Source: Chthonomonadales bacterium
GTDB lineage: Bacteria > Armatimonadota > Chthonomonadetes > Chthonomonadales > Chthonomonadaceae
Direction: 5' to 3'
Length of the DNA stretch: 14,929 bases
NCBI GenBank assembly: GCA_038217285.1
Contig: JBBQPO010000152.1
Location: 1 to 14,929 of the forward strand
A model generated the notes under the pieces. The model searched no databases and had not been told where the DNA came from. It saw nothing but the letters and a program-made list of their open reading frames with translations. Positions 1 to 6,484 of the stretch are shown here, in pieces (within the stretch, counting starts at the first letter, position 1; each line of letters begins with the position of its first letter). A program made the translations under genes and the position numbers.

Positions 1-2
1 TC

Positions 3-758
3 GACTGCGAGCTTATGCCCGGGAACGCAAAGGCGCAGGGCCTATTGCGCGAGCAGTACGCGCCGGTCGGGGCGGCAGCGCAGGCATCGCTCACCGCGGC
101 CATCGCCGTCATGGAGCAGGCGGCGGCGCGGGGACTGGATGTGGCGGAGCGCCTGATCCATCTGCGGCGGCGTCTCGACGATGTCACCCGCTACCGTGCC
201 GCCTATGCGCACTACTGCTGGGAGGTGCAGGGGCTGGAGGGGATCCGTCTCGCGCCGTTCCACCTCATGGCGACGGAAGGCAAGACCTACTTCGACCGCG
301 ACCACCTCTGGCACATGACGACGCTGGCCCGCCTCGCGGAACAGAGCGATCTGCTGATGGCGACGGACTATCTGCGTGTCGAAACCGGCGACGAAGAGTC
401 CGTCGCGGCCGGAACCCGCTGGTGGGAGGAGATGACGGCTGCCGGCGGCGAGGGCATGGTCGTCAAGCCATTCGCGTTCGTGGTGCGCGGCCCGAAGGGG
501 CTGGTACAACCTGCCGTCAAGGTGCGGGGCCGCGAGTATCTGCGCATCATCTATGGGCCGGAGTACACGGCTCCTGAGAATATCGAACGGCTCCGAAAGC
601 GCGGTCTGGGCGCGAAACGCAGTCTCGCGCTGCGCGAGTTCGCGCTGGGCGTGGAGGGATTGGAGCGGTTCGTGCGGAAAGAACCCCTGCGCCGTGTCCA
701 CGAATGCGCGTTCGCTGTTCTCGCGCTCGAAAGCGAACCCATCGACCCGCGCCTGTAA
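3..758 (+). CDS. pnkp: Polynucleotide kinase-phosphatase (bacterial Pnkp, RNA repair), C-terminal ligase domain; 5'-truncated by window edge
   Basis: Frame is open from nt 3 (DCELMPGNAKAQ). Contains LAPFHLMATEG, EGMVVKP, KVRGREYLRIIYGPEY, REFALGVEGLERF and the C-terminal ALESEPIDPRL typical of Pnkp ligase domains. Confidence 0.93.
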   Translation, partial: DCELMPGNAKAQGLLREQYAPVGAAAQASLTAAIAVMEQAAARGLDVAERLIHLRRRLDDVTRYRAAYAHYCWEVQGLEGIRLAPFHLMATEGKTYFDRDHLWHMTTLARLAEQSDLLMATDYLRVETGDEESVAAGTRWWEEMTAAGGEGMVVKPFAFVVRGPKGLVQPAVKVRGREYLRIIYGPEYTAPENIERLRKRGLGAKRSLALREFALGVEGLERFVRKEPLRRVHECAFAVLALESEPIDPRL

Positions 759-771
759 ATCACGCCTCCGG

Positions 772-777
772 TACAAT
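772..777 (+). promoter_or_regulatory. Putative sigma70 -10 element (TACAAT) for the glcF-like gene
   Basis: GGTACAAT ends 9 nt before ATG787; no convincing -35. Confidence 0.35.
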
Positions 778-786
778 AGAGACATA

Positions 787-2052
787 ATGATGAACAACAC
801 AATCGACGATAAGACAGCCAAGTGCATACGGTGCGGATTTTGTCTGGACGCCTGCCCGACGTTTCGACTGACCGGTCAGGAGACGCGCGGGCCGCGCGGG
901 CGCATCTATCTGGTGCGCTCCTGGCGAGAAAAGGTGATCCCATTCGACAGCGACGTGATCGAAGCGCTGGACACCTGCCTGGGCTGCCGCGCCTGCGAGA
1001 CGGCCTGCCCGTCCGGCGTGGAGTATGGGTCGATCCTGGAGATGGCGCGCACCCATATCGAGGAGAACCACCTGCGGCCCGCCGCGCAGAGCTTCACCCG
1101 CAAGCAGTTGATCGGAACCCTGACCAACCCTGGACTGCTGGCGGCGTCACTGAAAGCGGCAGGGCTGTTCGGCAAGCTGACACACGGCAAGATGCCCGGC
1201 TTCGCGGCAAAACTGCTCTCGGGCTCCTCCGACCACGCGCTGTCGCTGCCGGTGGCGCAGGGCGAGGCGAAGGTGCATAACCTGCCGGAACGGTCGCCTG
1301 CCATCGGTACGAAACGGCACACGGTCGGAATTCTAGAGGGCTGCGTGATGCGGGTGCTGTTCGGCGGCACGAACTCCGCGACGGTGCGCGTCCTCCAGGC
1401 CAACGGCTGCGAGGTCGTCGCTCCCAAGGCAGCGGGCTGCTGCGGTGCGCTGCATATCCACACCGGCTTCCATGCCGACGCCCTCACACGGATGCGCGCC
1501 CTCATCGATGCCTTCGCACCGCTGATGAACGAGTTGGACGCGATCATCCTCAACTCCGCCGGGTGCGGATCCACCATGAAAGAGTACGGCGACCTCTTCG
1601 CGGACGATCCGGCCTACCGCGACAAGGCCCGCGCCTTCTCGGCCAAAGTCAAAGACATTACCGAGTGGCTGAGCGAGATCGGCCTGACTCCGCCGCCGAA
1701 GCCGATCAACGCGGTCGTCTCCTACCACGACGCCTGTCACCTCGCGCATGGCCAGAAGGTGCGGATTCAGCCGCGCCAACTGCTCCAGCAGATTCCCGGC
1801 CTGAAGCTGGTCGAGATGGAGGAGGCCGACACCTGCTGCGGCAGTGCGGGCGTCTACAACGTCACGGAGCCCGAGATGGCACGGCAGCTTCTCGACCGCA
1901 AAATCGCCAACTTGAAGGCGACCGGCGCGAGCATCATCGCGACGGGCAATCCCGGCTGTCTGGCCTGGATCCAGCAGGGCGCCAAAGAGCAGGGAATCGA
2001 TGTCCGCATCTGTCACCCCGTCGAGCTACTGGACGAATCCTACGGAGCCTGA
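787..2052 (+). CDS. glcF: Glycolate oxidase iron-sulfur subunit-like protein (GlcF; 2x[4Fe-4S] plus two CCG domains)
   Basis: CIRCGFCLDACP and CLGCRACETACPSGV ferredoxin motifs; GCCGALH, SAGCG, YHDACHL, CCGSAGVYN and NPGC CCG-domain motifs. Start is ATG787 or ATG790, not the 553 extension, which overlaps pnkp. Confidence 0.88.
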   Translation: MMNNTIDDKTAKCIRCGFCLDACPTFRLTGQETRGPRGRIYLVRSWREKVIPFDSDVIEALDTCLGCRACETACPSGVEYGSILEMARTHIEENHLRPAAQSFTRKQLIGTLTNPGLLAASLKAAGLFGKLTHGKMPGFAAKLLSGSSDHALSLPVAQGEAKVHNLPERSPAIGTKRHTVGILEGCVMRVLFGGTNSATVRVLQANGCEVVAPKAAGCCGALHIHTGFHADALTRMRALIDAFAPLMNELDAIILNSAGCGSTMKEYGDLFADDPAYRDKARAFSAKVKDITEWLSEIGLTPPPKPINAVVSYHDACHLAHGQKVRIQPRQLLQQIPGLKLVEMEEADTCCGSAGVYNVTEPEMARQLLDRKIANLKATGASIIATGNPGCLAWIQQGAKEQGIDVRICHPVELLDESYGA

Positions 2053-2546
2053 TCCACTACGACACGCCGCTTGTCGAACTAATTGCCGAGAGACCATTGC
2101 GTACGAGTCGCGTCTCGCTACGCGTAGAGAAATCACGCTACCGATTGACGGCGCTCTATCGGGGCAAGGCGGTGAAAGCGTATCTTGTCGTGCTTGGCGC
2201 TAATCCTGTGGACGATAAGCGCTTTGAAGGCGACAACTGTACACCGGAAGGACCCTTTCGGCTCACCACCGTCCGCCCGCATCGGTCGTGGTCGCGGTTT
2301 ATGCTGTTGAGCTATCCGACGCCCGTCTCGTGGCAGCGGTTTCGAAGGGCAAAGCGAGATGGCGTCATTCCCCAGGACGCGACCATCGGCGGGGCTATCG
2401 GCATTCATGGCGTTCTGGAACGGGCAGACGGTGCGATCGATCGACGTCAGAACTGGACAACGGGCTGCATCTCCCTGAAGCGGCACGACATCGAGGAGAT
2501 CTACGCGGTCTGTCGAACGGGAACGCCTGTCACCATCGTGCACTGA
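2049..2546 (+). CDS. L,D-transpeptidase family protein (YkuD domain); start uncertain (CTG2049 or TTG2097)
   Basis: VEKSRYRL, LGANPVDDKRFEGDNCTPEG, LSYP and the catalytic IGIHG...WTTGCISL motif in the 3' half of ORF 1563..2546. Confidence 0.85.
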   Translation: MIHYDTPLVELIAERPLRTSRVSLRVEKSRYRLTALYRGKAVKAYLVVLGANPVDDKRFEGDNCTPEGPFRLTTVRPHRSWSRFMLLSYPTPVSWQRFRRAKRDGVIPQDATIGGAIGIHGVLERADGAIDRRQNWTTGCISLKRHDIEEIYAVCRTGTPVTIVH

Positions 2547-2601
2547 CGCGCGCATCCTAATCTTGGCTTCGGATTCGCTTCGGAAAGAAGGAAGGTGTTC
2601 T

Positions 2602-4092
2602 ATGCCCGTTTGCCGTGAAGAGGCCGTTCAAAGCTTACAGCGGTTTCTCCACACCTCTCTCGACCTGCTCCTGCCGCAGGGCGACCCCGTGCAGGCAGCG
2701 CTGGGTGTCTATGCTCAGACGGCCCGCACGGTTCCCGCCTATCAGGCTTTCCTCGCGGAGCACGGCCTCGTCCCGCAGAAAACGCCTTCCCACGACGATT
2801 TTCTCCGCCTTCCCCCCCTGACCAAACAAAACTACCTGCTCCGCCACTCCCTGCCCGATCTCTGCCGTAATGGACGTCTGGAGGATTGCGACATGATCGC
2901 GGTCTCCTCTGGGTCGACCGGCAGCCCCTGCTTCTGGCCGCGGTTCCTTACCGACGAACTCGCAATTGCCGTGCGGTTCGAACAGATTTTTCACGACTCC
3001 TTTCGGGCCGATGAGCGCCGCACACTGGTCGTGATCGGTTTTGCGCTGGGAACCTGGGTCGGCGGAATGTATACCGCCGCCTGCTGCCGGCACCTCGCCA
3101 CGAAGGGCTATCCCCTCATGGTGATCACGCCGGGAAACAACCGTGAAGAGATTTTCCGTGTCGTGCAGGAGCTCGGCCCGCTCTACGACCAGGTCGTGCT
3201 GTGCGGCTATCCGCCGTTCTTGAAGGACGTGGTCGATGCGGGTCGGGTGCGGGGAATCGACTGGACGCCCTACCGAATCAAGCTGGTCATGGCGGGCGAA
3301 GTGTTCAGCGAGGAGTGGCGCGCGCTGGTCGGTGAGCGCGTCGGTATGCGCGATATCTATGCCGACTCGGCCTCGCTCTATGGCACAGCGGACGCCGGTG
3401 TGCTTGGCAACGAGACGCCGCTCTCGATCTGCATCCGCCGCTATCTGGCGCAGCGCCCCGAGGCGTCCCGCGCTCTCTTCGGCGAGTCGCGTCTGCCCAC
3501 GCTCGTTCAGTACGATCCGCACAGCCGCTTCTTCGAGGCGCAGGACGGGCAGCTCCTCTTCACCGGCGACAACGGCATCCCGCTCGTTCGCTACAATATT
3601 CTTGATACCGGCGGCCTCGTCCCCTATACGCAGATGCTGGCGTTTCTCGCCTCCACCGGTTTCGACCCTCTCGCGGAATTAGGTCCGGAACGGCGCGGGA
3701 TTCGGCCCCTGCCCTTCGTCTATGTCTTCGGCCGCTCCAACTTCACGATCTCCTATTTCGGCGCGAACATCTACCCCGAGAATATTACGGTCGGCCTGGA
3801 GCAGCCTGAGATCCGCGAGTGGGTCACCGGGAAATTCGTGTTGGAAGCCCAAGAAGACACCGACAGAAACCGATCTCTCGCGATCACCATAGAACTCGCG
3901 CCGGGCCTAACGGCGGACACGAACAGAGAGCAGGCAGCCGCTGCCTCGATCCTGACCCATCTGCTGCGCCTCAATACGGAGTTCGCCAGCTACGTCCCTG
4001 CGGAATATCAACGGCCTCTGATCACTCTGCTGCCGACCGCCGACCCCGACTACTTCCCCCTCGGCGTAAAGCATCGCTATACGCGCCGCTAA
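2602..4092 (+). CDS. Phenylacetate--CoA ligase family (ANL adenylate-forming) protein
   Basis: VPAY N-terminal motif, P-loop-like SSGSTGSP, AGE, YGTADAG, PLVRYNILD and FGR. Purine-rich GAAGGAAGG upstream of ATG2602. Confidence 0.88.
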   Translation: MPVCREEAVQSLQRFLHTSLDLLLPQGDPVQAALGVYAQTARTVPAYQAFLAEHGLVPQKTPSHDDFLRLPPLTKQNYLLRHSLPDLCRNGRLEDCDMIAVSSGSTGSPCFWPRFLTDELAIAVRFEQIFHDSFRADERRTLVVIGFALGTWVGGMYTAACCRHLATKGYPLMVITPGNNREEIFRVVQELGPLYDQVVLCGYPPFLKDVVDAGRVRGIDWTPYRIKLVMAGEVFSEEWRALVGERVGMRDIYADSASLYGTADAGVLGNETPLSICIRRYLAQRPEASRALFGESRLPTLVQYDPHSRFFEAQDGQLLFTGDNGIPLVRYNILDTGGLVPYTQMLAFLASTGFDPLAELGPERRGIRPLPFVYVFGRSNFTISYFGANIYPENITVGLEQPEIREWVTGKFVLEAQEDTDRNRSLAITIELAPGLTADTNREQAAAASILTHLLRLNTEFASYVPAEYQRPLITLLPTADPDYFPLGVKHRYTRR

Positions 4093-4128
4093 CACCCACG
4101 CACATCGAAACGATTCCTTGTTCGGGCA

Positions 4129-4443
4129 CCCCCTTCCCGTGTCGGCTTATCTTGTCCCTTAAGACCGCCGCCCCTAAAGGAGCGGCCTGTTGGGGAAGGT
4201 TAAGGCCCATAAATGGGCCTGCGAGGGTTGGAATGGACAGCAAATCTCTCCACCAGGGATGGCTGACACTCTGTTTCCTTGCGCAATCGTCCCTACTCAC
4301 ATCCGACCCAGCCCTCTTTAGAGGGCTTACCGCATCAGACCGCTCCTTGAGGGGCGGGGAGCAAAGCGCGAGGCGGTCGTTCTTTGTCACATTTCCCTAC
4401 GGGACAAGATAAGCCGTGTCGGGACGGGGGACGGGGGTTAGGT
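4129..4443. repeat. Palindrome-rich REP/REPIN-like element, copy 1 (uninterrupted)
   Basis: Outer inverted repeat 4129-4158/4401-4430 (26/30, with a perfect 16-bp core CGGCTTATCTTGTCCC). Four GC-rich hairpins with 4-nt loops at 4167-4186, 4203-4220, 4310-4327 and 4340-4357. Core from 4157 to ~4400 is repeated at 9724-9865 + 10051-~10160. Confidence 0.88.
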
Positions 4444-4542
4444 TCAGCCTCGACTTACAGGGTACGTATCGAGCTTTGTTACCTCTCGGCGAGCTCTACA
4501 AGCAGGGATTTGCCTGGGCCATGTTTGAATGATATCTGTCAC

Positions 4543-4570
4543 TGCAATTCGCTTGTCGATCTGTCGTCTT
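4543..4570 (+). promoter_or_regulatory. Putative ECF-type promoter TGCAAT-N16-CGTCTT
   Basis: AAT 4546-4548, 16-nt spacer, CGTC 4565-4568, immediately before the SD (GGAGG 4575-4579). Same geometry as the motifs at 5805 and 8188. Confidence 0.45.
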
Positions 4571-4584
4571 AAAAGGAGGCATCT

Positions 4585-5739
4585 ATGGCTGTCATGACGG
4601 GGCTTTCGGGAAATGAGATCTACTGCCTGCACAAAAAAGGGTTGTCGCCGGGCGACATCGTGATCGGGAACAGCGTCTACTCGATGGGGTTTTTAGGCAG
4701 TCTGGGGGCCGGAATCAGCACCCTGACCGGGGGCGAAGTCACGCAGGTCACCGACATGGTGCACCAGGGCCGTCTCAACTCTTATACGCGTATGGTCGCC
4801 GAGGCCAACCGGCACGGCGGCGTAGGCATCACAGGCGTGACCAACGAGCTGATACAGCAGGCGGGCAACGTCGAGTTCCTCTCGATAGGCTCCTGCATCC
4901 ATCAGGACGGCGCGCGGGCCGAACAGTTGGCGTTCTCCTCCTCGGCGGACGGGCAGGAACTCTACTGCCAGATGGACGCCGGGTTCCGACCGATCAAATT
5001 CGTGTTCGGCAATGTCGCCTACTCTATCGGCGTGGGGGGCGGCATCGGCGGCATGTTCAAGAGTATGCAGCGCGGCGAAATCGAGCAGTACTCCCAGGTC
5101 TTCAATCAGACCCGGCATCTGGCCCTCCAGCGCATCACGAACGAGGCGCGCAGCGTTGGCGCAAACGCGGTCGTGGGGATCGAAACCTCCATTATTCCGT
5201 TTCAGGGCATGCAGGAGATGGTGATGATCGGCACCGCCTCCTTCCACCCCTCTTTGCCGCCCCAGCATGCCCAGGCTCCCGTCACCAGCGACTTGACGAA
5301 CGAGGAGATGTGGAACCTCGTCAATCTGGGCTATATGCCGCTGCAACTGCTGCTCGGCGTCTCCGTCTACTCTCTCGGCATTGTCGGTGGGCTGACGGCG
5401 GCGCTGAAAAGCTTCTCGCGCGGCGAGATCAACGAACTGACGACGCTGATCTACGAGGCGCGTGAAAACGCCATCGGCAAGATCAGTCGGGATGCCCAGA
5501 CCGCCGGTGCGGACGATGTCGTGGGCATCAAGACCTACGTCTATGCTCTCGGGGGCGGTATCATCGAATTCCTGGCCATCGGCACCGCCGTCAAAAAGAT
5601 ACCGGGCCTCACAACCGTCTCGGAGAACCTCCCGCCGCAGGCCGTGATGCGCGACAAGCAGACCTTCGTCAATACCGCAGAAACGGCGATCGGCACCAAC
5701 CTCAACTCCGGCAAGTCTCTCGATGGCGGGGGCGATTAG
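4585..5739 (+). CDS. Putative heavy-metal-binding protein with three tandem YbjQ/UPF0145 domains
   Basis: Three internal repeats (GNSVYSMG/GNVAYSIG/GVSVYSLG; GEVTQ/GEIEQ/GEINE; GGVGITGV/GANAVVGI/GADDVVGI; IGSC/IGTA/IGTA). Strong SD AAAGGAGG. Confidence 0.85.
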   Translation: MAVMTGLSGNEIYCLHKKGLSPGDIVIGNSVYSMGFLGSLGAGISTLTGGEVTQVTDMVHQGRLNSYTRMVAEANRHGGVGITGVTNELIQQAGNVEFLSIGSCIHQDGARAEQLAFSSSADGQELYCQMDAGFRPIKFVFGNVAYSIGVGGGIGGMFKSMQRGEIEQYSQVFNQTRHLALQRITNEARSVGANAVVGIETSIIPFQGMQEMVMIGTASFHPSLPPQHAQAPVTSDLTNEEMWNLVNLGYMPLQLLLGVSVYSLGIVGGLTAALKSFSRGEINELTTLIYEARENAIGKISRDAQTAGADDVVGIKTYVYALGGGIIEFLAIGTAVKKIPGLTTVSENLPPQAVMRDKQTFVNTAETAIGTNLNSGKSLDGGGD

Positions 5740-5804
5740 TCTCATGCACATACAGGGCGGGATACACAATGAGCAGGTATTTGGCTTCCGGATCGAGAAC
5801 TTAA

Positions 5805-5832
5805 ATGAACCTTCTTGAATTAATTCCGTCAA
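5805..5832 (+). promoter_or_regulatory. ECF-type promoter ATGAAC-N16-CGTCAA
   Basis: TGAAC 5806-5810, 16-nt spacer, CGTC 5827-5830, about 60 nt upstream of ATG5891. Near-identical -35 region to the motif at 8188-8215 (-). Confidence 0.65.
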
Positions 5833-5890
5833 GGGAGGCGTAAGACCTCTACTCATCATTTTTCACCACCTCGGAAAAGGAGACATCCTC

Positions 5891-6193
5891 ATGGCAATTC
5901 TGCGTAAATCCGCGCTTGCGCTCGCGGCAGTGTTCTGCCTCGGCGTTGCGGTCCCCGTCTTCGCTCAGGGCGGAGCAGACAAATCAAGTACCGATATCAA
6001 GGCTGCTCAAGGCACGTTGACGGAGATGCAGCAGCTCGGAGCGGACATCAAGGCTCGTCAGGCGCGCGCAATGACCGCAACCGGCACGACCCCGGTTGCG
6101 GCTCCCGTGGTCCGGAGAATGGCCACGACGGATGCCGGCACGAAGGCTCCCGCCAAAAAGAAGAAGGGTGCTAAAAAGAAAAAGACCCCGTAG
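5891..6193 (+). CDS. Small secreted hypothetical protein with Lys-rich C-terminal tail
   Basis: SD AAAGGAG; Sec signal MAILRKSALALAAVFCLGVAVPVFA|Q; ends KAPAKKKKGAKKKKTP; followed by terminator hairpins. Confidence 0.8.
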   Translation: MAILRKSALALAAVFCLGVAVPVFAQGGADKSSTDIKAAQGTLTEMQQLGADIKARQARAMTATGTTPVAAPVVRRMATTDAGTKAPAKKKKGAKKKKTP

Positions 6194-6202
6194 GTCTTTT
6201 TC
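6178..6202 (+). terminator. Hairpin overlapping the stop codon (GAAAAAGACC-ccgta-GGTCTTTTTC)
   Basis: Perfect 10-bp inverted repeat; TAG 6191-6193 spans the loop/stem junction. Confidence 0.45.
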
Positions 6203-6212
6203 CGATCCAAGC

Positions 6213-6247
6213 GAAAGGCAGGCCGTTATCGGCCTGCCTTTCATTTC
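6213..6247. terminator. Bidirectional intrinsic terminator between convergent genes
   Basis: Perfect 13-bp stem GAAAGGCAGGCCG-ttat-CGGCCTGCCTTTC (6213-6242), T-rich at the 3' end on both strands. Confidence 0.8.
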
Positions 6248-6285
6248 GTGTGGGACGACTTGCGCCCCTCGACCCGAGAGAGAAA

Positions 6286-6483
6286 TTAACCCTTGCCTTT
6301 GGGCGGGGTACCCTTGTCTCCATGCGTCTCCTGGCCGTCGGCGACCAGCATCTGCGGGATCGACTTCAGGGAGAGCGTCTTGTGCGCGGAGGTCTGGACC
6401 GGCGTCAGGCGAACCGAAGTCAGCATGGCTACGGCGACCATGCCGAGCGTCAAGAGAGAGATATGTTTCAATGTCATTTTCAT
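6286..6483 (-). CDS. 65-aa secreted propeptide, candidate signalling-peptide precursor
   Basis: ATG lies 1 nt after the TAA of the upstream gene; SD AAGGTGA 9 nt upstream. Basic N-region MKMTLKH, hydrophobic ISLLTLGMVAVAML, polar C-terminus ...MLVADGQETHGDKGTPPKGKG. Terminator follows. Confidence 0.75.
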   Translation of the reverse strand: MKMTLKHISLLTLGMVAVAMLTSVRLTPVQTSAHKTLSLKSIPQMLVADGQETHGDKGTPPKGKG

Positions 6484-6484
6484 G

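Noticed and set aside
553-786. N-terminal extension of the glcF-like ORF (553 start)
   Set aside because: It overlaps pnkp in another frame; Fe-S homology starts right after ATG787/790.
1563-2048. 5' half of ORF 1563..2546
   Set aside because: Off-frame shadow of glcF; only the part after ~2049 is YkuD-like.
4022-4390. Minus ORFs 4022..4390 and 10022..10318 sharing the peptide KND..SPPLKERS.AVSPLK
   Set aside because: The similarity is just translation of the repeated palindromic DNA; starts are not conserved and copy 2 is broken by the MITE.
4129-4443. CRISPR array or tRNA/riboswitch interpretation of the hairpin cluster
   Set aside because: No regularly spaced direct repeats with unique spacers, no cas genes, no cloverleaf or recognisable aptamer; two dispersed copies fit a mobile repeat better.
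6286-6483. Type I toxin, RiPP precursor or membrane anti-sigma interpretation of the small ORF
   Set aside because: No antisense partner or modifying enzymes nearby, and the cytoplasmic N-terminus is too short for a typical anti-sigma domain. The signal-peptide plus TPR context fits a propeptide better, though an anti-sigma role is not excluded.
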